A stretch of 64,000 bases of DNA from a virus, in IMG/VR virus record IMGVR_UViG_3300036893_000013, positions 48,038 through 112,037 of that record, one strand, 5' to 3'. The translations under genes were made by a program, and so were the position numbers. Positions 48,691 to 59,049 of this stretch are shown piece after piece. Each line of letters starts with the position of its first letter. Positions within the stretch are counted from its first letter, which is position 1. Below the pieces are notes generated by a model, which had not been told where the DNA came from, searched no databases, and saw nothing but the letters and a program-made list of their open reading frames with translations.

Positions 48691-49066
48691 CTTTATGGAG
48701 AAAGTACCTTCAGAAAAATTTAACATGAGTGCATTTGCTATAACTGAACTTGACGACTGCACTACCGCGAAGCAAATGTTAAAAGGCTGTGATACTGCGG
48801 CTTGTTTAGCTGGTTGGACTGTATTGATGCGTGGATATTGTGTCACAAAAGATGAATACGCGAAGAGAAAACACAGAAAAATGCTAAGTATATCAGAAAG
48901 GGCAGCAAAGATACTTCGGTTGGATGTGGAGGAAGAAGAGAAGTTGTTTTATGTGTCGTATTGGCCTCCAGAGTTTCGCCAAAGATTCTATTCTCTGCCG
49001 GACACTGACACCAGACTACAGATAGCCATTGATTTACTCAGATACTTAGCTCAAGGGGGACTATGA
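48659..49066 (+). CDS. Paralog family A (CxTxxCLAGW) protein
   Basis: LLKLANFME..FNM..CDTAACLAGW..LF. Confidence 0.7.
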   Translation: MDKKQLLKLANFMEKVPSEKFNMSAFAITELDDCTTAKQMLKGCDTAACLAGWTVLMRGYCVTKDEYAKRKHRKMLSISERAAKILRLDVEEEEKLFYVSYWPPEFRQRFYSLPDTDTRLQIAIDLLRYLAQGGL

Positions 49067-49449
49067 TGGAAAAAATCAATCTGAAAGAGAATGCTAGGGT
49101 GAAAGAAATCATAAAAGCCGGGTTTCCTCAATACGCGAAACTAACTGCTTTTATAGCAGTGTTTCCGGAATCCGGAATTAACATCAACAGCTATTGGAGC
49201 GGAGGTTCTAGAGATGAATTTTGCATTGTTCATCTACCCACTCTCACCAGAAAGCTATTACCAACTTCTACCCATCCCTACTTCGATATGAAGTCTGTAG
49301 AGGGTAGTACCCCGGATGTAGTTGCTAAAGGGGGTAGTTTAACCCTTATAAGGTTACCAGTTGAGTTTGCCTTAGTATGTGCTGGAACATTTGATGGTAG
49401 ACCAGCGACTGCTCGTGTCTACCTAAATTCCCTTTTGGGGGCAGGATGA
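49063..49449 (+). CDS. Hypothetical protein
   Basis: SYWSGGSR motif. Confidence 0.6.
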   Translation: MMEKINLKENARVKEIIKAGFPQYAKLTAFIAVFPESGININSYWSGGSRDEFCIVHLPTLTRKLLPTSTHPYFDMKSVEGSTPDVVAKGGSLTLIRLPVEFALVCAGTFDGRPATARVYLNSLLGAG

Positions 49450-49845
49450 AAAGAGTGTATTTAGGACCTAATTCGCAAGAGTATTACATGCCTATCGGAG
49501 AGTTCAGACCCCCCAAACAGGGGGAAATGTTTCTTAACCGTAGTCTTGAAAAAGCATTTAGGGCTACAAAAGACATGAAGAGTTCCCATCACATTGCTCG
49601 GAGGGTTGCTGTTGAACCCTGCAAACAGTGTAAAGGGATTGGTAAGGTCGCTAAGGAGGGATAGTGGAACTAAAAATCGGGATGCCTGTCCGCGTTAAGA
49701 ACCTGAATGAGTATGGAGATATCGTGAACATCAAACCAGATGCTCAAGGTATTAACATATATGCAGTTAGAATGGACAATCATTCAATTGCCCCTAACCA
49801 GGATGGCACTTTTTATGCCAGAGAAGAAGAACTGGAGGAAATTCC

Positions 49846-50208
49846 ATGACAGAAGGTAAGCCAAATCTATACATTCTCGATGAGAACGATAACCCTGTCG
49901 AAAGCGATCTGCTCTCGTGGGGACGATGGATGGAGGAAACGAACCGCACGGTAGCAAAAACAAAACTCCCAAACGGAGTCCTAGTTTCCACCGTTTTTCT
50001 TGGCATCGATCACAATTTCGGGGGTGGAAAACCTGTATTGTGGGAGACCATGATCTTCAAAGGACCAGAAGACAAATATCAGGAGCGCTATACATCTTTG
50101 GCAGCGGCAATAGAAGGGCACCGTCGAGCGGTACAACGCGCTACCGAAGCAGAATATGAAGAAATCCTAGGAGAGGAAAATGAAAACAAACGAGGAAATA
50201 GCTGTTGA
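49846..50208 (+). CDS. Phage hypothetical protein
   Basis: VSTVFLGIDH..WETMIF..RY..A..GH. Confidence 0.7.
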   Translation: MTEGKPNLYILDENDNPVESDLLSWGRWMEETNRTVAKTKLPNGVLVSTVFLGIDHNFGGGKPVLWETMIFKGPEDKYQERYTSLAAAIEGHRRAVQRATEAEYEEILGEENENKRGNSC

Positions 50209-50385
50209 TCACCTTATGAAAAGACTAACCGAGTGTGTGGAAAAGCGGAAAGAGATGGCTACTAAAATTACTCAACTCAAAGCCGCTGTTTCTGCCACAA
50301 TTCCGTTAGTTTCTTCTGAACTTGAACGTCAACGCTACAGCACCCAGCTTAACACAATGTTTCCTAAAAAGGAACAGGAGATCAA

Positions 50386-50610
50386 ATGATATACCATGTC
50401 AGACAACGGCAGACTTACTACCAAGATTTTAAGGTAGAGTATGCCGAGTCTCCAGAGGAGGCTATAGACCTAGTAAGTCAAGGGTCTGTATCACCTTCTA
50501 GTGATCCTCAATATCTAGCGGCAGTTGGCATTTATTTGCTGGATGACGAGGGTAGGAAAGCTGCCGACAAACAACCAACCAATGCAATGGTTCCTCTAGG
50601 GGGAGTATGA
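50386..50610 (+). CDS. Hypothetical protein (paralog of 43986-44210)
   Basis: MIYHVRQRQTYYQDFKV..EAI. Confidence 0.7.
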   Translation: MIYHVRQRQTYYQDFKVEYAESPEEAIDLVSQGSVSPSSDPQYLAAVGIYLLDDEGRKAADKQPTNAMVPLGGV

Positions 50611-51005
50611 AAGGACTAACAAATGAGCAAATCGCCTACGCAGCAGGGAGAATCCAAGAAAGGCTCGCTATCTACGCTGAGTCACTTGGCACAACCGCAG
50701 AGTTTCTTACCGAGAGGGTGGCAGCGATTCTTCACCCCTTGGGGAGCGAACGGGGTAGTCATACAATGTCACGTGTGCCAATTCAAGCCCCCAAGTTATC
50801 TCAAAGCAAATGGGGCGAGATGGAAGAGAGTGGCAATGCACGTAGCGATAAAGCATCCACAAGTTCTGGACGTAAGAGAAAATCCAAATCCTCTAAACAG
50901 AAAGAGTACTGGGCAAAAATGACCCCTAAACAACGGACTATTGAGGTAGCTCGTCGGTTAGCGGTCTGGAGACTCAGAAAGAAGAAGGCAGAAAAAACAG
51001 GTTAA
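50607..51005 (+). CDS. Basic hypothetical protein
   Basis: YWAKMTPKQR..EVARR tail; followed by GGGGGA-GCAA-TCCCCC hairpin. Confidence 0.6.
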   Translation: MKGLTNEQIAYAAGRIQERLAIYAESLGTTAEFLTERVAAILHPLGSERGSHTMSRVPIQAPKLSQSKWGEMEESGNARSDKASTSSGRKRKSKSSKQKEYWAKMTPKQRTIEVARRLAVWRLRKKKAEKTG

Positions 51006-51842
51006 CCTGAGGGGGAGCAATCCCCCTTAGAAGGAGGACTATGTACAACATTCTAATGCTTTTGCTTGTCGTGGCGGGAGGAACCGTATCTGCCTACCAG
51101 TTAGCAACCTTTAGTGGTGATTTCATTTTCAACTTACTTGTGCTGTTAGTATCTTGCTTCGGAATTAAGATGATTGTTAGGGAGATGTTAAGTGGAAACA
51201 AAAAGTCTTACAAGTGACTTTCGCGCTAGGGCTACCCCGGCTCAAAGATTAGCCCGTTGGAGAGTTAAACAGGCGGCTAACAAACGTAACAAGGAAAACA
51301 GGTTAGCATTAGCAAATTGGCATAACGCAACGAGAGGAGGTAGGAAACACATTGAACGACCGTTCAGACTAGGAGGGTATAAGAACCCATGACTGTACGT
51401 GTAGGGTCTGGTCTTCACAAATGGTATGTAGGAGAAGTAGCTCCTATAGTGTGGGAAGCATTGTTGGGTAAGAAGTTTACCGAACAACTCATTCAAGAAA
51501 CCCATATCTTGATTCCGGAAGAAAGGGAGAAGAATGGGTATGAAAAGGAGAATTATGGCGAAAAGAGCTAGGTTCTACGTCGGAAGAAAAAACCAAATCA
51601 TGGAGGTTATAGCCTCGCGGGTTAAACCTACCAAAACAACCCACCCACATCACGACTCTTTCATAGGACCTTTTCGGACTCTGAGGGGAGCCAATCACAT
51701 GGCTAACTTCGGGGTTAGAGATGGTCTTCAGACAGTTACTCAAGCTGAGAATGCCGCTGCCGCAGACTGTATCACAGTGTGAACCATGCTTTCAACCGCT
51801 TTTCAACCGCTTTTCAACCGCTTTTCAATCAAAGGAGAATTT

Positions 51843-52388
51843 ATGATTGTCTTTGAAGAAGTTGAACCTGTAGTTGAACCTATTGAAGTTGAACCTATTG
51901 AAGTTGAACCTGTAGCAACGAAAGCAGAAAAACTGCTAGCGTTAGCTGACTTCATCGAAACCCTTCCTCCAGAGAAATTTGAAATGTCATACTGGATAAA
52001 AACAACGTGGTTATCCTCAATTTCGGAAATTTCGGAGCCAAAGAGAACGACAGTATATTTCGATTCAGATGAAATGAGGAATCTTTGTGGGGCAACCGCA
52101 TGTTTGGCTGGCTGGGCTGTGCTTAGCGCCGGTTTCAAAGTAAACTCAAATGCGACTGTTGCCAAAACAATGTTTAATGGACAGAACAATATACAAGAGG
52201 TAGCAATAGAGCTTTTGGAATTAAACAGGTTGGAGGCCCACAAATTGTTCATCTCAAAACAGTGGCCAGATCAGTTTGTACCTAAGAGAAACCTTTTGCC
52301 TCCTCTTATGGACCACGCAGTATCCGGGAGTATAACTCCTCAACTAGCCGCAGCGAGGGTAAGACACTTCGTTGTAGAAGGAGAGTAA
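51843..52388 (+). CDS. Paralog family A protein with N-terminal EVEP repeats
   Basis: LLALADFIE..FEM..CGATACLAGW; preceded by (GCTTTTCAACC)n repeat. Confidence 0.7.
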   Translation: MIVFEEVEPVVEPIEVEPIEVEPVATKAEKLLALADFIETLPPEKFEMSYWIKTTWLSSISEISEPKRTTVYFDSDEMRNLCGATACLAGWAVLSAGFKVNSNATVAKTMFNGQNNIQEVAIELLELNRLEAHKLFISKQWPDQFVPKRNLLPPLMDHAVSGSITPQLAAARVRHFVVEGE

Positions 52389-52575
52389 TGCTCTTTTTAT
52401 GCGCGGAAAGTCCATTGGAAGAAAAGCCCCTGTTCATCCAGTGGACAGATGATGCCAAACTAAAATACTTTCTGGAAGATTGGGAAATAGTTGATCTCGA
52501 AGAGGGTAAGATAGTTTGGAGGGGAGATGTAGCATTAACCCTTGAAGAACCAGAAGATGAAATGGAGATGATGAC

Positions 52576-53073
52576 ATGACAAGAACTGAAATTATTACCG
52601 AGTGGGTTAGGCGACTTCGGAGTGGAATCAAACAGGGCCGCGAGTACCTTAGAACAACTGTGGATGGACAGGATTACTACTGCTGTCTGGGAGTGCTTTG
52701 TGAGATGGCAGTAGAACAGAAGGTAATACCACCTCCGGTCAAAGTCGGGATGGATTGGTTGGGGTGCAAGTGGGAAACAATTCTCATACGTATATTTCAC
52801 GGACTTCCGTCCGGGTACTATAGGTATGAGGGGAATGGTCGCACACTACCCCCAACTGTCTCACAGTGGGCTGGGGTTACGCCGCGCGGTGAGGGGTATG
52901 GAATAGCTTCTCTTGCAAGGCTAAATGATTGGGATCACTTTGATTTTAACCAGATAGCTAACGTAATTGAAGACAGCCTGATAGCTCAGGAGTTTAACCA
53001 GATAGCTGACGTAATTGAAGGCAGCTTGGCAGACGAGGAGCTGGCGACGCAAGCGCCGAAGGATCGGATTTGA
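52576..53073 (+). CDS. Paralog family B (CCLGVLC) protein
   Basis: WVRRLRSG..Q..L..CCLGVLCE..LND..F.QIA..IE. Confidence 0.7.
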   Translation: MTRTEIITEWVRRLRSGIKQGREYLRTTVDGQDYYCCLGVLCEMAVEQKVIPPPVKVGMDWLGCKWETILIRIFHGLPSGYYRYEGNGRTLPPTVSQWAGVTPRGEGYGIASLARLNDWDHFDFNQIANVIEDSLIAQEFNQIADVIEGSLADEELATQAPKDRI

Positions 53074-53124
53074 AAACGTAAGTCGTTTGTTTTCAGTCGT
53101 TTACGTTTTTTGAAAATTTTTTTC

Positions 53125-53153
53125 TTGACACATTTTTTGAATCGGTTTATCGT
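53125..53153 (+). promoter_or_regulatory. Early promoter
   Basis: TTGACA-17-TATCGT with A/T tract. Confidence 0.7.
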
Positions 53154-53225
53154 CGGGTCAGGTCGAATCGTCGGCCCCTAGCTAAAGCGCACTAGAGAAA
53201 GCGCCTTCTACCAAGGAGAAAAACG

Positions 53226-53579
53226 ATGCCAGCACAAATCGTATCCGCTGATTACAACAGTGAACGGGACACATTCATCATCGAAGTCAAGTCCCTCGAT
53301 ACACCTCGTCTCAGCGCATCGGGCGAAACCATCCAAGTTGCAGGAACCAATGGATGGGCGGAACAGTTAGCCGGAGTCACGGGGAAGGATACCGATGGTA
53401 ACCCGGTTCCTCTCACCGCGAAGGTGGAGATTCGCTACAAGAATCCCTACAAGGCCGCTGCGAAGACAAGTAAATCGGGAGCATCTGCCCTCACAACGGA
53501 GGACCTGAAGAAGGCCGCTGCTGCCGGGGTCACGACCAAGGTGATACGCGAAACACACGGGGCTAAGAGGGCGAGTTAG
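53226..53579 (+). CDS. Hypothetical protein (paralog of 53809-54168)
   Basis: AQIVS..QVAGT..EQL.G..GKD.DGN.VPL.A...RY. Confidence 0.75.
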   Translation: MPAQIVSADYNSERDTFIIEVKSLDTPRLSASGETIQVAGTNGWAEQLAGVTGKDTDGNPVPLTAKVEIRYKNPYKAAAKTSKSGASALTTEDLKKAAAAGVTTKVIRETHGAKRAS

Positions 53580-53628
53580 GCCCGGTCGCCCCGCAAGGCG
53601 ATGAAAATAAACGAGTTAGGCGCGGGCC

Positions 53629-53658
53629 TTGACAAACATTCGGGGTCCGCGCTAAACT
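53629..53658 (+). promoter_or_regulatory. Early promoter
   Basis: TTGACA-18-TAAACT. Confidence 0.6.
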
Positions 53659-53808
53659 TTCCGCGAGGCCGGACCTTGCCTCTCCGCTGTATGAAGCGGG
53701 TAAATGATAGAGCGCAATGCTCTTGTATCCACCAAAGAATGTACCTTTAGGGTACTTAACCAGTAGCCTAGCCAACCAAGGAATAAGGCGAAAGGGCAAG
53801 GAGACTGT

Positions 53809-54168
53809 ATGGCTCAGATAGTATCTTTTGCAGTCAACGAACGTGGTAATTACGTTCTCGAAATCAAACGAGCCAAGCAACCATTACCTAGGCAGAGAAC
53901 TACACAAGTTGCTGGCACAACAGTTGATGAACAATTGCACGGACTGTTTGGCAAAGACCCGGACGGAAACGACGTTCCTCTGATGGCTAGTATTTCTGTC
54001 CGCTATTCTAACCAGTATCGTCCGCAGTTAACAAGGGTCAAACCGGTTAAAGCAGAGAAAGAGAATCCCCCCTCGAATCTGCTACCCTTCGATATTTTCA
54101 AACCGGAAGAACCCGAACGAAAGAACGGTACTAGCAGGTTTACAAAAGCTAAATCGTTCGGAGGGTAA
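53809..54168 (+). CDS. Hypothetical protein (paralog of 53226-53579)
   Basis: AAGGAG RBS; shared motifs. Confidence 0.75.
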   Translation: MAQIVSFAVNERGNYVLEIKRAKQPLPRQRTTQVAGTTVDEQLHGLFGKDPDGNDVPLMASISVRYSNQYRPQLTRVKPVKAEKENPPSNLLPFDIFKPEEPERKNGTSRFTKAKSFGG

Positions 54169-54186
54169 CAGACTTTAACTTCCCCT

Positions 54187-54217
54187 GACTCCAGCCTACG
54201 GGCTGGGGTCTTTTTTT
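54187..54217 (+). terminator. Intrinsic terminator
   Basis: GACTCCAGCC-TACG-GGCTGGGGTC-TTTTTTT. Confidence 0.9.
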
Positions 54218-54643
54218 GCGCTTAAAAAATTAACCTACCTCTTTTATCCCCGAAGGTAAAGCGATTTACCAACCTCCCAGACCGCGCCCGGGCGGGCGGG
54301 GCGGGGAAGTTAAGATCCCTCTTTACCCCCGTTAGAAAATCGATTTATCGGTCGCTACCCGAAACTTAAGGGTTTGAACTGAATACTCCACCATATATAT
54401 GATGCTAGCTGCGGCTAAGTCGCACAAGACCTCATGCCGCAAAGCGCCAGAAATTCGCCGTCCTTATAGGTTAGCCAAAGTAAAAATTTTCGCGACCCGA
54501 CCCGTGTGGAAAACCCGCGCTAGGCAGCTCGGAAGTGCTTTATTTTCAACGAGTTGCAACCCGAAAAAAAACTACTTGCGTTTTTTTCGCGCGCCGCGCA
54601 GGATTGTCCCCGTTGGGAAAAAAATTTTTTTTGGGGGAAAAAA

Positions 54644-54925
54644 ATGACACCAAGTATACCACTAGCAGACATCACACTTACCCTGCAAGATACGGATTGG
54701 ACTACGGTAGATCGGTTAGAAATAAGAGGGAGTAGGGATGTTGTGGTAGAGGATGAATACTCCCGTACCGTAGAAGACAACCATAACCCAGAATTCTATT
54801 CTATCTTTATCCATCAGCAAACAGGAAGTAGTTGGATCGCTGATAGGAGAACTCTTAGCGAAGCAAGAGAGTTTGCGGGATGCCTTTCAGATGAACATGA
54901 ATTGTATTTAAGGGAGTTTGTATGA
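54644..54925 (+). CDS. Hypothetical protein
   Basis: Start moved to 54644. Confidence 0.55.
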   Translation: MTPSIPLADITLTLQDTDWTTVDRLEIRGSRDVVVEDEYSRTVEDNHNPEFYSIFIHQQTGSSWIADRRTLSEAREFAGCLSDEHELYLREFV

Positions 54926-56221
54926 AAAAGAAAATTGAACTTGAGGACGGGGTGTATATCAGTATACAATACGAAACCCTCCATGCTCATGTAGTTTGTA
55001 ATGGAGAAGAGGAGTACGATAACAGCTATATTAACCGCGACTATTTAGACTGGGAGCATGATCTGATATGGACAAATTTGGACTAAGAATGGACCTAACC
55101 CTTGCAGAATTGAGGGAAACCAGAAGGGTTTGCAACCTGCCTTGTGAGAACTATGCCCCTAACGACTGTTCAGGGGAGGGTTTGAATTTCTCAGATATGT
55201 GTACTACCTGCAAGCAATACTGGAAGTTAGCGGCTTCAGCAACTACCGGAGCAACACCCCAAGAAATACTGGATAATTTTCGTGGATATAAGGGGGTAGT
55301 GAATTGAGGAGGAAGTATGGACGATGAACTTGCTCGCTGGGAAGATGATGGAGGCTTCGTGCTTTCATATTCTCAGAAAGAATCTACCGTAGTAGTCAGG
55401 TGTTCCAGCCTTTCTGAAGTGAAAGACATCATTGCCAAAAACACGAACAATGATACACGGTGTATAGGAGTGGTAAAAAATGACCCTCGAAGAAGCGAAA
55501 CAACTGGCGAAAGATAAGTTGGGGGTCGAGGTACTGACCCCTGAAGGGATGGTGAGCAGAGTTTACAATGCCATTTGCATGAATGAAGACGGTATCTTTC
55601 GTGTTTATGGAGATGGAGTACTTTTGGGAGAAAGTGCTATATCCGCGCTTATTGCTTGGGAAGATGCAGTTGATACTCTACCTGACTTCTTTTGTAGGAA
55701 CTTTCACAGGGTAAAGAATTATTATCTTCTTGGGGATCACTACATTAAAAAGGAGAAACATGACGGCAAAGAGAATAGCAGAGGCCAAGAGAAAGATGAC
55801 TCCCCCTCCTCACAAGGTGGTCATGCACACCATCAGCGTTCACCGACTTGAGTTGTTCTTTGGAATAGGGGCAGCAAGCTTTGTTTTGGGGTTTCTGCTG
55901 AAGAGTGAGAGTTGCAAGCATTTCGCAGAATTCACCATCATGCCCTGTTTGGAAGCTGTTGTTTCTAGGAGGATTGAGTGAAATTGGAATATATAGAACC
56001 TGAAAGCAACTTTGAAATCCGGGTGGGAACTTTCCATTATACGGAAAATGGAAAACCCGTAGAAGCTGAGTTCTTCATCCGGACTTGTCAAGATGACACA
56101 GAAAAACAGGCTTCGGACTACAATGAGCAGCTTTGTAACGAGTGGGACAAGTTAGAAAGTTCTGGGAAGCTAGCGATAAGCTATGTGGAAGTAATCCCGA
56201 ACCCCATATTTTAAGGAGAAC

Positions 56222-56536
56222 ATGAAAGCTACTTTGATAAAGCTAGATGTAGAAGGTGGACCTACTATGGTTCCTGTAGGTCCGGGTGCAGAAGTGGGGG
56301 CAGTATTTGAGGTAGACCCTACAGGACTAAGTATGGAGTTTGTCCAGCACATCCCAACGGGTAGAGTACTCCCAATACCAGTGATTGCAGTACTATCGGG
56401 GCCTGATGGAAAGCGAAAGAAAGGTACTGTCCTTCCTCTTGAGCTTTTGAAATTCGAGAGTATGACGGAGGGTGAGATGTTTGAAATGGTGTCGATGTTT
56501 GAAGGGGCACCGGAGACGGAGGGTTATGTCAATTAG
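56222..56536 (+). CDS. Hypothetical protein
   Basis: AAGGAG RBS. Confidence 0.6.
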   Translation: MKATLIKLDVEGGPTMVPVGPGAEVGAVFEVDPTGLSMEFVQHIPTGRVLPIPVIAVLSGPDGKRKKGTVLPLELLKFESMTEGEMFEMVSMFEGAPETEGYVN

Positions 56537-56843
56537 AGAGTTTGCTGCAAGAGTAAATCCTGCTAAATTCGGGTTTAGTCCTAAATTGACCTCCATCGTT
56601 GGGGCAATTATAGGGTTTGACTATGGCGATGGTTTACATCACCTAACAATTACAAGCGACGGGTTTGTAACTGGGTTTGTAGCTGAAATTTCTGTCTTCA
56701 TAGGGGATGTTGAAGGGATGGAATATACCCTCAAAATCTGGAGGGATAGTCTTAGCAAACAAGACAGAAAGAAGTTTGATGTGTTATTTAAAAATAACGT
56801 CACAGACTGGAGGGAACATGCTGTATTACCACGGAACCGTTAG
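56526..56843 (+). CDS. Hypothetical protein
   Basis: Start moved to 56526. Confidence 0.55.
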   Translation: MSIREFAARVNPAKFGFSPKLTSIVGAIIGFDYGDGLHHLTITSDGFVTGFVAEISVFIGDVEGMEYTLKIWRDSLSKQDRKKFDVLFKNNVTDWREHAVLPRNR

Positions 56844-57237
56844 GGACTATTTACCTTCGATCATGTCTGAAGGGTTGAAGCCCTCGCCAGAAAACATGTG
56901 GAAAGTAACGTCTTTTGGGAAAGAAATAGAAAGCACAGAAGAATCTCAGTGCTGTGTATATCTAACTGCATCTAAACAAATTGCAGAGGGTTTTGCAAGA
57001 GGAAAAACTCAGTATTTGAGGACTAAACCGGGAAATTACTTTACCTTCTTTTTTATTAAACCAAACGGAGAAATAGCAACAAAATTCATGCGTAAAAAGC
57101 TAAACACGCCGGTGTTAACCACCTCACCTGTAGTTTTGAAAATCGACATGGATTACCCAACAGAAACAGACCCACACACGACATACGGTAGTATATATAG
57201 GGGTATTATTCCCCCACAACAGATAGGAGAATTATGA
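56818..57237 (+). CDS. ADP-ribosyltransferase-fold protein (Tpt1/KptA C-terminal-like)
   Basis: YHGT...SI..EGLKP...VYLT...A..FA...PVVLKID. Confidence 0.6.
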   Translation: MLYYHGTVRDYLPSIMSEGLKPSPENMWKVTSFGKEIESTEESQCCVYLTASKQIAEGFARGKTQYLRTKPGNYFTFFFIKPNGEIATKFMRKKLNTPVLTTSPVVLKIDMDYPTETDPHTTYGSIYRGIIPPQQIGEL

Positions 57238-57677
57238 ACAAAAATACGAAACGTAAGTTGGAAAATCTAGCTGCTTTCATCGAGAAATTGCCGAGGAAAG
57301 CCTTTAACATTAACATCTGGGCGAAAAACAACAAACGTCACTTCGATTCGGATGGAAAGATAGTCCCCAGAAATATTGTCAGTAAAAAAGACTTGAATAA
57401 CTTAGAAGAATGCGGGACTACTTGCTGCATAGCTGGATGGCAAGTTGTAAGAAAGGGCTTTTCCGTAACAAACTTGGGAACAGTGAGTAAGGGTGGAAAA
57501 TTCATCAACTCAGCGCCAATTCTAGCAGCAGAACAGTTAGGACTAAATCTGGATGAGAGCAGCGCTTTGTTCTATCCTAGAGAGAGTAAGCTTAGGGTTT
57601 TAACAGGAAAAACCTTCACCAATACCCCGAAGGGCGCAGCAAAACGTATCAGATACTTTATCAAAAATGGAATATAG
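57234..57677 (+). CDS. Paralog family A protein
   Basis: LENLAAFIE..FNI..CGTTCCIAGW..T.KGAAKRIR. Confidence 0.7.
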   Translation: MNKNTKRKLENLAAFIEKLPRKAFNINIWAKNNKRHFDSDGKIVPRNIVSKKDLNNLEECGTTCCIAGWQVVRKGFSVTNLGTVSKGGKFINSAPILAAEQLGLNLDESSALFYPRESKLRVLTGKTFTNTPKGAAKRIRYFIKNGI

Positions 57678-57686
57678 GAGAATAAC

Positions 57687-58061
57687 ATGCAGGATAAGTA
57701 CAACTTCGTAGCCAGAAAAAACGATGTGGACTATATTCGTATAGTCCGTGAAGCCCCCAAAAATACTCCTTTTATTCTTGTAGAGGAAAAGAACAGAAAA
57801 GGACAGCCAAGGGTATCTGTTCTTTTGATACACAAATCTGTCCTCTCTCACCACAAACTACAGGGTATGGAAGTTTCGGGGGAGAGCATTTCGCCTAGCT
57901 GGGGACATAAAAACTCACCTTTTGAAGACAAAAAGCTGCTATACTCATATAAGTATGTAGTTTTCCAAGGTAAGCTACCCGGATTTATCAAGAAAGAAGT
58001 AGAGTCCCTCCGGGTCGCTCTAAACCCAAAAGATACTAAGGTATTGGTAACTTACCTTTAA
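57687..58061 (+). CDS. Hypothetical protein
   Basis: AGGAG RBS. Confidence 0.6.
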   Translation: MQDKYNFVARKNDVDYIRIVREAPKNTPFILVEEKNRKGQPRVSVLLIHKSVLSHHKLQGMEVSGESISPSWGHKNSPFEDKKLLYSYKYVVFQGKLPGFIKKEVESLRVALNPKDTKVLVTYL

Positions 58062-58070
58062 GGAGGATTT

Positions 58071-58445
58071 ATGAGTGAAATGAGTGAAATACGTGCAAAG
58101 TGGGTTGCGGCATTAAAAAGTGGCGAATATAGTCAAACCAGAGGTATGTTACGTAGAAGAGATGGTTTCTGCTGCTTGGGAGTTCTTTGTGACCTCGCTG
58201 TTAAAGAGGGAATTATACCAGAGCCAACTTTAAGCGTTGGAAATAAAATTTACTCTTATGATGAGGAGGCTGGGGTACTTCCGGTAAAGGTACGAGAGTG
58301 GGTTGGGTTAAGTGATGTTCATGGTAACTACGCAACATCTTCACTAATAACAGACAATGACGGCGGTAGAAGTTTTAATGTAATCGCTGAAATTATCGAA
58401 AGCGAACCTAAAGGTTTATTTAAGGAGAACAATGAAGCTAAGTAA
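58071..58445 (+). CDS. Paralog family B protein
   Basis: KWVAALKSGEY.Q..FCCLGVLC..ND..F..IA.IIE. Confidence 0.75.
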   Translation: MSEMSEIRAKWVAALKSGEYSQTRGMLRRRDGFCCLGVLCDLAVKEGIIPEPTLSVGNKIYSYDEEAGVLPVKVREWVGLSDVHGNYATSSLITDNDGGRSFNVIAEIIESEPKGLFKENNEAK

Positions 58446-58809
58446 TCAACAAAAAGTAATTAACAAATGGGTCCGCGCTCTTAGGAGCGGAAAGTATAAA
58501 CAAACTGAGAGCTATCTTCAAAACGAGAAAGGCTTTTGCTGCCTAGGAGTGCTGTGCGAACTGGCTGTAAAAAAAGGAGTAATCTCTCCCGCTAAAAAAA
58601 CAGGCGATTTTTATACCTATGCTAAGAAGGCTGATATTCTACCTATAAAAGTAAGAAAGTGGGCTGGGCTAAAGCAAAATGATGGGTATTTTAAAGGCGA
58701 GGACGGCCCCACCACCCTTACTATGTTAAATGACCACCAAGGAAAAACTTTTAAAGAAATAGCCGATGTTATTGAGAGCAAGCCTCAAGGTCTTTTCAAG
58801 GAAGAATAA
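58432..58809 (+). CDS. Paralog family B protein
   Basis: KWVRALRSGKY.Q..FCCLGVLC..LND..F.EIADVIE. Confidence 0.75.
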   Translation: MKLSNQQKVINKWVRALRSGKYKQTESYLQNEKGFCCLGVLCELAVKKGVISPAKKTGDFYTYAKKADILPIKVRKWAGLKQNDGYFKGEDGPTTLTMLNDHQGKTFKEIADVIESKPQGLFKEE

Positions 58810-59049
58810 TGTTTGTTGGAATAGATTTTCCTGATCGGTTTGAAAACGACAATTTCTCCATTCGCCGGAGTATTGGAAACTGGTATGATCCAGAATCCCT
58901 TATCTCCGGCGAGGAGATTAAGCAAGGCATGAGCTACACTAACTCTAAAAGATTTTGGATGGATGAACAGCAGTACTTAGATGCGGTAGAAGGGTTACTA
59001 ACCGTAGATGAAATACTAATGTTAGCCCCACGTAAATTAAAGGAGAATA

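Noticed and set aside
53075-54556. IHF-like sites (TTTCAG-TCGT-TTA, TTTCAA-CGAG-TTG) near promoters
   Set aside because: Only partial matches to a degenerate consensus in AT-rich DNA; too weak to report as features
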